In this document: positions 37,397 through 46,057 of the stretch, piece by piece
Layout: each line of letters starts with the position of its first letter
How positions within the stretch are numbered: the first letter of the stretch is position 1
Source of the DNA: Alphaproteobacteria bacterium
GTDB taxonomy: Bacteria; Pseudomonadota; Alphaproteobacteria; RF32; CAG-239
Assembly: GCA_048463395.1 (NCBI GenBank)
Contig: DBFWPL010000023.1
Span: 20,583 to 84,582, forward strand
DNA: 64,000 nt
Direction: 5' to 3'
The notes under the pieces: generated by a model
Told to the model about the DNA's origin: nothing
Databases searched by the model: none
Seen by the model: only the letters and a program-made list of their open reading frames with translations
Made by a program: the position numbers and the translations under genes

Positions 37397-38509
37397 TTAC
37401 CCATCTTCAAGATGCAAAAGAACAGATACGGCTATCAGTGTTACAATCAAAGTCGGCGTCCATACCGCCAAAACCGCAGGGATATAGCCGTTCAAACCAA
37501 AAGCATAAATCACCTGCGACAGAAAATAAACCGCAAAACCCGTAGAAACACCACCGACAATCAAAAACATCACCCCGCCTTTGCGGTTATTCGGACGCAA
37601 AGCAAAAACCGCCGCCACCAAAACCATAGCACAAAGTAAAAACGGCGACGCCAACAGCGACATATACCGCATATTGTGTTTTAACGCCGAGAAACCCGAC
37701 ATCTCATAAAAACGGATGGTCCCCGGAAGCTTCCAAAAAGAAATGGATTCCGGATCAATAAAGTTTTCCTTAATCCTATCTAACGTCAAAGAGGTTTTAT
37801 ACTTAACATTGTTCAAAACGATTGTCGGTTTTCCGGCTTCAAAAACCTTAAGGTCTTTCAACTCAAAATCATTTTTTTTATCCAATGTCGCGGCAAAAGC
37901 CTCTACCCGACGTATCATCTGAGAATTTCTGTCCATTTCCAGAATACTCACATCTCGGAATAACAGATTTTTACCTTCCTGACGAATGGACTTTGCCTGC
38001 AAAACCAAAAATTTGTTTTCATCAATCGCCTCTCTGGTCCAAAGCCCCTTGTCCGTAAACAAAACCGCGTTTTGATTGCGTGTCTTCAAACGATAATCCA
38101 TCGTCTCATACATCTCATAAAGCTTGGAAGAAATCGGATTAACCAACGTGATATTAATGACGCCTATAACAAACGTTGCCACAAGAACCGGAGCCAAAAA
38201 ACCCCAAATGGAAACTCCCGCCGCCCGAATAATGACAAATTCGCTGGTTTTGCTCAGTTTCCAAAAAGTAATCATGGCCGCAATCATCATCACGAAAGGA
38301 AAAACCATGTCGACTGTTTTCGGAAGCTTGGTAAAAGCCATTTGCAGCACAAATCCGAACGTAACCTCGTCATGACCGGACACCCGCCGGAGAAGTTCAA
38401 TAATTTCAAACATAAAAACAACGCTCAAAACCGTAAGCAAAACCCCCAGAAAACTGAAGACAATCTGCTTTATCAAATAGGTTCCGAGAATAGTGTTTGG
38501 TTTCATCAC
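37397..38509 (-). CDS. LPS export ABC transporter permease, LptF/LptG (YjgP/YjgQ) family
   Basis: 370 aa. The 3+3 TM layout with a central periplasmic beta-jellyroll region is typical of the family. No partner permease is adjacent. Confidence 0.8.
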   Translation of the reverse strand: MMKPNTILGTYLIKQIVFSFLGVLLTVLSVVFMFEIIELLRRVSGHDEVTFGFVLQMAFTKLPKTVDMVFPFVMMIAAMITFWKLSKTSEFVIIRAAGVSIWGFLAPVLVATFVIGVINITLVNPISSKLYEMYETMDYRLKTRNQNAVLFTDKGLWTREAIDENKFLVLQAKSIRQEGKNLLFRDVSILEMDRNSQMIRRVEAFAATLDKKNDFELKDLKVFEAGKPTIVLNNVKYKTSLTLDRIKENFIDPESISFWKLPGTIRFYEMSGFSALKHNMRYMSLLASPFLLCAMVLVAAVFALRPNNRKGGVMFLIVGGVSTGFAVYFLSQVIYAFGLNGYIPAVLAVWTPTLIVTLIAVSVLLHLEDG

Positions 38510-38555
38510 AAGGCTTTCAATTTAAAAAATTTTTACCAAGATACAAAAAAATCAT

Positions 38556-39488
38556 TCATTTAGCAAGTTTATTAATTTCCGCAAGAATTTTCTTTTCTGT
38601 TTCCGGCTGATCCTGACGGGCCTCAATAACTTCTTTCCGAATTTTTCTGGTTCTGGCAAACAGTTCAAACAGCTTGTCCCCTTCATCCCAGCGGATATTT
38701 CTTTGCAATGCAATCAAATCCTCAACAAAACGCTGTATCAGTTCCAAAATCGTATTTTTATTATTAAGCAGAATATCCCGCCACATCGTCGGATCCGAAC
38801 CGGCAATACGGGTAAAATCACGAAATCCGGAGGCGGAATATTTAATAATTTCCTGCTGTTCATAACCCTCCAAATCGGCAACCGTTCCCACAATCGAAAA
38901 AGCGATAAGGTGCGGCAAATGAGAAACGGCGGCCATAACCTTGTCGTGATGTTCCGGTGTCATCGTATCGATTCGCATTTTTGCACCCTGCCACATCCGC
39001 TTAACCAGTTCCACCGCTTCCGGCGTTGATTTTTCGGAAGGAGTCAAAATACACCACCTTCCGTCAAAAAGCGTATCAAAACCGGCTTCCGGTCCGGATT
39101 TTTCCGTACCGGCCACCGGATGTCCGGGCACAACGATAATTCCGGAATCTTCGGGAACATTCTTTTCAATTTCCTCCATGGCAAACTTTTTAACCGAACC
39201 AACATCGGTAATAATCGCCCCTTTTTTCAAAAAAGGAACAATTTCAGAGGTCAGTTTTCCATAGACGCCTACCGGAGTTGCCAAAACCACTAAATTCGCA
39301 TTTTCAACTGCTTTGGTCAGATTTTCTTCCACACTGTCGACAATTCCCAGCTCTAATGCTTGTTTGAGATATTGAGGATTATTGTCGCAGGCCGTTAAAT
39401 GACCGGCAAACTTTTCCCGTTTAATCACCCGAGCCAAAGACGAACCGATTAATCCGATACCGATAATAACAATTTTATCAAATAACAT
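38556..39488 (-). CDS. tyrC: prephenate/arogenate dehydrogenase
   Basis: IVIIGIGLIGSSLA Rossmann motif, plus GHPVAGTEKSG and HD..MAAVSHLPHL. Confidence 0.88.
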   Translation of the reverse strand: MLFDKIVIIGIGLIGSSLARVIKREKFAGHLTACDNNPQYLKQALELGIVDSVEENLTKAVENANLVVLATPVGVYGKLTSEIVPFLKKGAIITDVGSVKKFAMEEIEKNVPEDSGIIVVPGHPVAGTEKSGPEAGFDTLFDGRWCILTPSEKSTPEAVELVKRMWQGAKMRIDTMTPEHHDKVMAAVSHLPHLIAFSIVGTVADLEGYEQQEIIKYSASGFRDFTRIAGSDPTMWRDILLNNKNTILELIQRFVEDLIALQRNIRWDEGDKLFELFARTRKIRKEVIEARQDQPETEKKILAEINKLAK

Positions 39489-39496
39489 CTTTAACC

Positions 39497-40423
39497 CTAA
39501 AACACACCCATTGAAAAATATCTTTCCACTGCGTCGGGAAGAATAATAACGACATTCTTGCCCTTCATCTCCGGACGTTGCCCGACCTTTACCGCCGCAG
39601 CAAGAGCCGCTCCGGCAGACAGTCCCACCGGAAGACCTTCCGTTGCCGCAACCGACTTTGCCATATTGGCAGCATCTTCATTGGTTATATCGACCACTTC
39701 ATTAACCAATCCGTCATCATAAAACGGCGGAACAAATCCCGCTCCGATACCCGGAATTTTATGTGGTCCGGCCTTTCCTCCGTTCAAGACCGGACTGGAG
39801 GCAGGTTCTACAGCAACCACATACAACTCAGGATTACAAGTCCTCAGAGTAGAAGCAATGCCCGTCAAAGTCCCCGAAGTCCCCACGGCCGAAACCAAAA
39901 CATCAACCTCTCCTCCGGTATCTTCAATAATCTCCATGCTGGTTCCCAAACGATGGGCATCCGGATTAGCCTCATTTTCAAATTGTTTCAGCATAATCAC
40001 GTCGTCCCCCTTTTCAACCAGGAGCTCCGCTTTGGCAATAGCTCCTTTCATCCCGTCTTCTGCCGGGGTCAAAATGACTTCGGCCCCTAAATGCCGCATC
40101 AGCATAATCCGCTCCTTGGTCATATTTTCCGGCATAACGATAACCAGTTTATAACCTTTCGCCGCACACATTGCTGACAAACCGATACCCGTATTCCCCG
40201 ACGTTGCTTCAATAAAAACCGTGTCCTTTGTAATCGGACGGGTTTTCGCTGCCTTTTCCAGCATATTCAACGCCACCCTGTCTTTAACGGAAAACAACGG
40301 ATTATAAAACTCGCATTTTCCCAGGAGATTGGCTTTTACCTTATATTTTTTTGCCAGTTTTGACATGTTAAGCAAAGGTGTATGACCGACCATTTCGGCA
40401 ACGGAATTATATATCTTTTTCAT
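39497..40423 (-). CDS. cysK: cysteine synthase A (O-acetylserine sulfhydrylase)
   Basis: PLP-lysine motif NPLFSVKDR, plus TSGNTGIGLA and GTSGTLTG. Confidence 0.93.
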   Translation of the reverse strand: MKKIYNSVAEMVGHTPLLNMSKLAKKYKVKANLLGKCEFYNPLFSVKDRVALNMLEKAAKTRPITKDTVFIEATSGNTGIGLSAMCAAKGYKLVIVMPENMTKERIMLMRHLGAEVILTPAEDGMKGAIAKAELLVEKGDDVIMLKQFENEANPDAHRLGTSMEIIEDTGGEVDVLVSAVGTSGTLTGIASTLRTCNPELYVVAVEPASSPVLNGGKAGPHKIPGIGAGFVPPFYDDGLVNEVVDITNEDAANMAKSVAATEGLPVGLSAGAALAAAVKVGQRPEMKGKNVVIILPDAVERYFSMGVF

Positions 40424-40521
40424 TTTTTCCTTCTATCTGTTTATAAGCTTGAGAATGTGCTTTTAAAACCCTATTAATTTTGATAGCATTATCATAATAT
40501 TAAAAAGTTAAAAATAAAGAA

Positions 40522-41106
40522 ATGAAAACATTTAAAATCCTTATTTTTGCAACATTAATAAGCATTGTTTATAGCGAAACATCCATGGCAACCAGTCTGG
40601 ATGAAATTTATCGTGACATTGTCAAATCAGACAATAACGGCTATCTTCCTTTGTTTGTGAAAAACCGCAATGCTCCAAATTTTCTGGATGAAGAAGACAC
40701 GTTAAGACAAGTCAAAAAAGCGGTTTCCATATCCGACAAAGAAGAATTAAAAGCCATCAAGCTTGAAAACGAACGCAAAATCAGAGAACAGGCCTTGCAG
40801 GCTGAAAAACTTAAGTGGCAAAGAACCATAGAAGCCATTCAAGCCGGAAAAGTTACGCCCGTTGAACTCCACGAAGTCGAAAAAAGAGTAGAGAAAAAAG
40901 ACCTTCACGCCATTGAAATTTACGCATGGATGTTTGCCCGCGGCGTTGGCGTCAAACAAGATTTGGTAAAATCATTTCATTTATATCAGATTGCCGCCCA
41001 CAAAAATGTTCCTCAGGCGGCCAAAAACGCAGCACTTGTCTACAAAGCCATGAATCGTGAACAAAGAGAAAGTCTCACCTCTTACGGCAATACTCAGTCT
41101 TTATAA
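40522..41106 (+). CDS. secreted Sel1-like repeat protein
   Basis: Signal peptide MKTFKILIFATLISIVYSETSMA. C-terminal YAWMFARGVGVKQDLVKSFHLYQIAA resembles a Sel1/TPR-like repeat. Confidence 0.6.
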   Translation: MKTFKILIFATLISIVYSETSMATSLDEIYRDIVKSDNNGYLPLFVKNRNAPNFLDEEDTLRQVKKAVSISDKEELKAIKLENERKIREQALQAEKLKWQRTIEAIQAGKVTPVELHEVEKRVEKKDLHAIEIYAWMFARGVGVKQDLVKSFHLYQIAAHKNVPQAAKNAALVYKAMNREQRESLTSYGNTQSL

Positions 41107-41594
41107 CTTCCGAACAGGGACTTAAACGCTTTCCAATGCGTATAATTTATCCTGATGTTGCCTAAAAATATTTCTTTAATATCCACCCAGACAGCTCTGC
41201 CGTTTTCAGGCGTTTTCCAAATTTCATGATTGGTGTCAAACCCATAAGATGACGCGTCATAAACAATAAATGTCTGGTCATAACGGCAAAACTCGCCAAA
41301 AGGACGGGCATCTTCGGCAAAATAATTAATTTCCTGCTGAAATTGCCGCTCTCCTTTATCAAGCATAAACTCTATTCCGGTTTCCTCATAAAGCTTGCGA
41401 AACAAACAAGAGCGAAAATCCTCTTTCCGACTGACCGTTCCCCCCGGAAACTCCGGCGTATCCACCAAAGGCGGATAAGTAACCAAAACTTTATCATCCT
41501 TGACTAAAATCGCAAAATATCCTTTTTGACTGACAGGAATAATGTCATCGGCATATTTTTGTTTTCCCGTCCTGTCAAAAAACACCTCACTCAT
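41094..41594 (-). CDS. NUDIX-family hydrolase with variant Nudix box
   Basis: GTVSRKEDFRSCLFRKLYEETGI fits GX5EX7REUXEEXGU, except that RE is replaced by RK. Confidence 0.7.
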   Translation of the reverse strand: MSEVFFDRTGKQKYADDIIPVSQKGYFAILVKDDKVLVTYPPLVDTPEFPGGTVSRKEDFRSCLFRKLYEETGIEFMLDKGERQFQQEINYFAEDARPFGEFCRYDQTFIVYDASSYGFDTNHEIWKTPENGRAVWVDIKEIFLGNIRINYTHWKAFKSLFGSYKD

Positions 41595-42249
41595 CGGTTA
41601 CTTCCTTAACCAGTTCTTTAACAAAACGTTTCAGTCCGACCTGACGAACCCTTTTCATTCTCTCACCGGAAATAATTTTTTGAATTTTAAGAATGGTTTC
41701 TTCCAAATCAACATTAACGATAACATAATCAAACTCATCCCAGTGGCTCATTTTATCCAAAATCAAATCCATCCTTTTTTTAATCACTTCTGGAGAGTCT
41801 GTTCCTCTGTTTTCCAAACGACGGCGAAGTTCTTTGATTGACGGCGGCAGCAGATAAATTGTTACCACGTCATCTTTCGCCTTAGATTTCATCTGACGAG
41901 CACCAAGCCAATCCATGTCAAACAACACGTCTTGTCCAACATTGATAAAGCTGTCAACTTCCGACCGCAGCGTCCCGTAACGGGAACCATACTGGGAATC
42001 AACATGCTCATAAAAAGCATCTTGAGCTAAAAACTCATCATACTGTTCATCGCTGACAAAATAATAATCAACACCTTCAACTTCGCCTTCACGCTTCGGA
42101 CGAGTAGTAACAGAGACCGAAAACTTAATATTTTTATCCCGGCGAAGTAATTCTTTAGCAACCGTCCCTTTACCTGTTCCGGAAGGAGCTTCAATGATAA
42201 ACATCGCTCCTTTGCGAACTTTTTTCAGTCTGTCAATAATCTCATCCAT
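41587..42249 (-). CDS. gmk: guanylate kinase
   Basis: FIIEAPSGTGKGTV P-loop and SVTTRPKREGEVEGVDYYFV. Confidence 0.93.
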   Translation of the reverse strand: MDEIIDRLKKVRKGAMFIIEAPSGTGKGTVAKELLRRDKNIKFSVSVTTRPKREGEVEGVDYYFVSDEQYDEFLAQDAFYEHVDSQYGSRYGTLRSEVDSFINVGQDVLFDMDWLGARQMKSKAKDDVVTIYLLPPSIKELRRRLENRGTDSPEVIKKRMDLILDKMSHWDEFDYVIVNVDLEETILKIQKIISGERMKRVRQVGLKRFVKELVKEVTDE

Positions 42250-42254
42250 AGCAT

Positions 42255-43160
42255 TTACTCCATATTTTGAACTTGTTCTCTAAATTGCTCAATTAAAGTT
42301 TTCAGCTCCATCCCCAAATTTGTCAGTTCAATATCACTTGACTTGGAACAGGTTGTATTGGCCTCTCTGTTTAATTCCTGACAAAGGAAATCCAGCCTTC
42401 TTCCCACAGGTTCATCTGAATTTAATAACTCTCTGGCGGTTTTCAGATGAGCTTTCAAACGATCAACCTCTTCCCGAATATCCGCCCGCGTAACATAAAA
42501 AACCACCTCTTGAGCCAATCGGTCTTCCGAAACCTGACTTTCGGATCCTAACAACTCCCGAATATGTGAGAGAAGTTTTTCCTTCAGCTTTTTCTGCATA
42601 GACTGGGAAATCTTATCCACTTTTTGAACTATTTTATCAATTTTATCGACAATATCAAGCAAAGCCTGACTTATTTTTTCACCCTCACCTATCCGATCTT
42701 GCCGCAAAGCCTTGCATACTTCCTCAAAATCGAACAGCAGTTTTTCTTCAAGCACGGCTTGCTCTTCCTCACTCAGGCAAACATCTTCGACATCAACCAC
42801 CCCTCGGATATTAAGCAGCTCGCTTGCTGATGGTTTCTGAAAGCTGTCGCCAAAAGTTTGGCACAAATCTATTGCCGTATCAGACAACTGCGTCAACAAA
42901 TCCTTGTTGATTCTAACCGACTGCCCGCCGCCGGAAGCTTTTACTTCCAAAAAAACGCTGACACATCCCCTGTTAAAATATTTTGCCGCCAAATTCTTAA
43001 ATTGCGAAGCAAGAACATCCAGCCAAACCGGCTGTTTGATTTTCACATCTAACGATTTGCCGTTGACGCTTTTAACTTCAAAAAACCAATTGTATGTAAC
43101 TTTATCAAACGCACATTCACCGTTTTTTCTGGCAAATCCCGTCATACTTGACACCGGCAC
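42255..43160 (-). CDS. YicC-family stress-induced protein
   Basis: N-terminal SSMTGFAR and C-terminal DFLCQELNREANTTCSKS (DUF1732). Confidence 0.88.
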   Translation of the reverse strand: MPVSSMTGFARKNGECAFDKVTYNWFFEVKSVNGKSLDVKIKQPVWLDVLASQFKNLAAKYFNRGCVSVFLEVKASGGGQSVRINKDLLTQLSDTAIDLCQTFGDSFQKPSASELLNIRGVVDVEDVCLSEEEQAVLEEKLLFDFEEVCKALRQDRIGEGEKISQALLDIVDKIDKIVQKVDKISQSMQKKLKEKLLSHIRELLGSESQVSEDRLAQEVVFYVTRADIREEVDRLKAHLKTARELLNSDEPVGRRLDFLCQELNREANTTCSKSSDIELTNLGMELKTLIEQFREQVQNME

Positions 43161-43237
43161 GATTATCTCCTCTTAAAAATTTCTTTACTTATTATATGTA
43201 ATAAAACATTAAGAATATTTTACTTTAGGAAAATAAA

Positions 43238-44143
43238 ATGCAAAAAAGAAATCAAAACATTCTGATCACCGGAGCCACATCCGGCATCGGTGCAGCTCTC
43301 GCCCTACACTATGCTGCCACAACTGCAAAAACCCTGTTTCTCTGCGGAAGAAATGAAGACCGGCTCTTGATTGTCCAAAAAAAATGTGAAAAGCTCGGAG
43401 CTTTGGTTTTTGCAAAAATTCTTGATGTCAAAAATCAAGAAGCCGTTCAAAACTGGATAGAGGAATGCGAACAAAACGCTCCGCTTAATCTCGTCATCGC
43501 CAATGCCGGCGTTGCCACTTTGGAAGAAACTCCGGAGAATGTTCATAATACTTTCGACACCAATGTCGGCGGAGTTGTAAACACGGTTATCCCGACAATT
43601 GAAATCTACAAAAAACGCCAATATGCCTTAATGAAAAAGCTGGAAGGAAACAATTCTTCTTTAGAACAATTTATTCACAAAATGAAAAAACAAAAAAAGG
43701 CTTTTTCCATGAACCCTTTCCGCAAAAAATTCTTGGGCGACATCGGCTGTGAACTTTACCACAACGACCAAAAAGCAATCGCCATTGTCAGCTCCGTTGC
43801 CGGATATCACGGTATGGCCACCTGCCCGTCTTATAGTGCCAGCAAAGCTTGTGTCAAAGCTTGGGGTGAAGCCTTGAGAATTGATCTCAAACGTCGATAT
43901 AACATCAATGTCAGCGTCATTTGTCCGGGCTTTGTAAAATCAGGCATAACCGACAAAAACACCTGTCCGATGCCTTTCTTTATGGAGACAGACAAAGCAG
44001 CTGCCATCATTGCCAAACGTTTAAGCAAAAATGTCGGTTTAATAACTTTTCCGTGGCCGATGCGGTTCGCCGCATGGTTTGGTTCTGTTCTGCCCAACAA
44101 GGTAAGTGAACTTATATATTCCCGGTTACCATACAAAGTTTAA
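43238..44143 (+). CDS. short-chain dehydrogenase/reductase with an internal ~50-aa insertion
   Basis: TGATSGIGAAL, IANAG and YSASK motifs. The Lys-rich insert is aa 129-178 (about nt 43622-43771). Confidence 0.85.
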   Translation: MQKRNQNILITGATSGIGAALALHYAATTAKTLFLCGRNEDRLLIVQKKCEKLGALVFAKILDVKNQEAVQNWIEECEQNAPLNLVIANAGVATLEETPENVHNTFDTNVGGVVNTVIPTIEIYKKRQYALMKKLEGNNSSLEQFIHKMKKQKKAFSMNPFRKKFLGDIGCELYHNDQKAIAIVSSVAGYHGMATCPSYSASKACVKAWGEALRIDLKRRYNINVSVICPGFVKSGITDKNTCPMPFFMETDKAAAIIAKRLSKNVGLITFPWPMRFAAWFGSVLPNKVSELIYSRLPYKV

Positions 44144-44149
44144 AAAAGC

Positions 44150-44176
44150 AAAGCGGCTTTATAAAAAAGCCGCTTT
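44150..44176. terminator. bidirectional terminator hairpin
   Basis: 11-bp stem aaagcggcttt / aaagccgcttt with a 5-nt loop, between convergent genes. Confidence 0.7.
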
Positions 44177-44196
44177 CTCACAACAGACAGACAAAA

Positions 44197-44505
44197 TTAT
44201 GCTTTTTTGCCTTTCGATTCTTGATTCTCTTCGCCAAAAAGCCAATCCAGCTCGCCACTTCCTTTTCTTCCCTTGTAAATAAGATAAGCGGAAATCACCA
44301 ACGAACTGCCGCCAATCCACAATGAAGTGTTAAGAGTCAATAGAAGCAGACCTCCGACAGAGAACAACACAAACAGCAGCCAGTTGAATCGTGCTACCCA
44401 GTCTTTCTTTCCAAGCGGTAAGAACATCCCGACAAAAAAAGAAAACAGCCATGATAGAAACACAAGAACAACAAGCTGAACGGACGTTAACTCCATAATA
44501 TTCAT
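44197..44505 (-). CDS. small integral membrane protein
   Basis: 102 aa with three predicted TM helices. No family recognised. Confidence 0.5.
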   Translation of the reverse strand: MNIMELTSVQLVVLVFLSWLFSFFVGMFLPLGKKDWVARFNWLLFVLFSVGGLLLLTLNTSLWIGGSSLVISAYLIYKGRKGSGELDWLFGEENQESKGKKA

Positions 44506-44571
44506 ATATCTATTGTTTTAGTTAAATAATACACTCACAGAAATCTAAATAAACAGACCTTTAACCTATTA

Positions 44572-45861
44572 TCAAACAGACTTTTTTTCAAGAACTATTT
44601 TATGCGTTTCTAATTTCATCAAATACCAGAGCAGAACCAACCCCGGAACAACCATCAAGGATGTGATAAAAAAGAACACCGGCCAGGAAACCAACTCGGC
44701 CATATAACCGCTGGTCGCGGCAAAAACATCTCTGGCAAAACTCATCAGAGAAGAAAGCAAAGCATATTGCGTTGCCGTATACGCCACATTGCATAAGGAA
44801 GACAAATACGCTACCAAAGCCGTAACCCCCATTCCTCCGGCAATATTATCAAAAGAAATCGTCATCATTAATATATATATATTATTTCCGGCATAAGCCT
44901 GAGCAACAAAAATAAGATTAGTCAGCCCCTGCAAGATTCCGCAAATCATCAACCCTTTCATAATTCCGATGCGATTCAAAACCACGCCGCCGATAATTCC
45001 GCCCAAAATTGTGGCAATCATTCCGTAAATTTTAGAAACATAGGCAATTTGAGCCTTGGTAAACCCCATATCATCGTAAAAAGGATAAGCCATCGGCCCC
45101 ATATAAGCATCACTCATCCGATAAAGAAAAATAAACAACAGAATTAAACCCCAGTGTTTTCTTTTCATAAAATCGGCAAACGGCTCATAAACCGCCGTTC
45201 TTAAAAAATCATCAAAATCTTTATACTTTTCCTCTTTATAATGCTGTTCCCTTTTTGGTTCTTTGGAACAAAGGATTGTAACCATACCCGCCAAAGCCCC
45301 CAAAGACATAATCACATACACGTTATTCCAGCTCATAATTGATGCCAGCCATAACGCCCCCGCACCGGAAAAAATCAACCCCAACCGGTACCCCAACACA
45401 AAAATCGCCGAACCGGCCCCTTGTTCCTTATTGTTAAAACTCTCAATACGAAAAGCATCCAGAACAATATCTTGCGAAGCGGAAGCAATAACCACCAAAA
45501 CTGCAAAAAACGCCATAAGCATAGGCGTTTTCCCCGGATCGGTTGCCGCCATCCCGAGAATGGACAACATCAACAAAATCTGCGAAAACAAAGCCCAACC
45601 CCTCCGCCTTCCCAATCGGGAAAACAGCGGCAGACTAATCCTGTCAATAAACGGAGCCCACGCCCATTTAAAACTGTACGGTGTTTTTACCAGAGAAAAC
45701 GCACCGATAAGAGCATACGAAATTCCGGAATCTTTAAGCCATAAATTCAACGTACTAAAAACCAAAAACAAAGGAAAACCGCTGGAAAAACCCAAACAGG
45801 CCATTATCAGCATCCTTCTGTCAAAATAAATCCGGCTGGCATTCCACCACTGCTTAAACAT
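44572..45861 (-). CDS. ampG: AmpG-family muropeptide MFS permease
   Basis: LGFSSGFPLFLVFSTLNLWLKD, as in AmpG. 429 aa, multi-TM. Confidence 0.85.
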   Translation of the reverse strand: MFKQWWNASRIYFDRRMLIMACLGFSSGFPLFLVFSTLNLWLKDSGISYALIGAFSLVKTPYSFKWAWAPFIDRISLPLFSRLGRRRGWALFSQILLMLSILGMAATDPGKTPMLMAFFAVLVVIASASQDIVLDAFRIESFNNKEQGAGSAIFVLGYRLGLIFSGAGALWLASIMSWNNVYVIMSLGALAGMVTILCSKEPKREQHYKEEKYKDFDDFLRTAVYEPFADFMKRKHWGLILLFIFLYRMSDAYMGPMAYPFYDDMGFTKAQIAYVSKIYGMIATILGGIIGGVVLNRIGIMKGLMICGILQGLTNLIFVAQAYAGNNIYILMMTISFDNIAGGMGVTALVAYLSSLCNVAYTATQYALLSSLMSFARDVFAATSGYMAELVSWPVFFFITSLMVVPGLVLLWYLMKLETHKIVLEKKSV

Positions 45862-45991
45862 TCCGTCCCCAATATTCTGTGCAAATTAATAATTTCCTTC
45901 TAACCCAAATAGGTTAAATAAATTATAATTTTCCACATTATAAAAACAGAAATTCAAAGACTTGCTGATTTCATAAAAAATTTTATTTACT

Positions 45992-46039
45992 TTACAATAT
46001 ATTGTGTTTAATTTGATTAAGAAATACAACATATGGTAT
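45992..46039 (+). promoter_or_regulatory. tandem NrdR boxes upstream of nrdA
   Basis: Box 1 is ttacaatatattgtgt (45992-46007), 14/16 matches to my remembered consensus acaCwAtATaTwGtgt. Box 2 is atacaacatatggtat (46024-46039), about 12/16. The centres are 32 bp apart. The ATG lies at 46058. Confidence 0.6.
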
Positions 46040-46057
46040 ATAAGAGGTTAATTAAAT

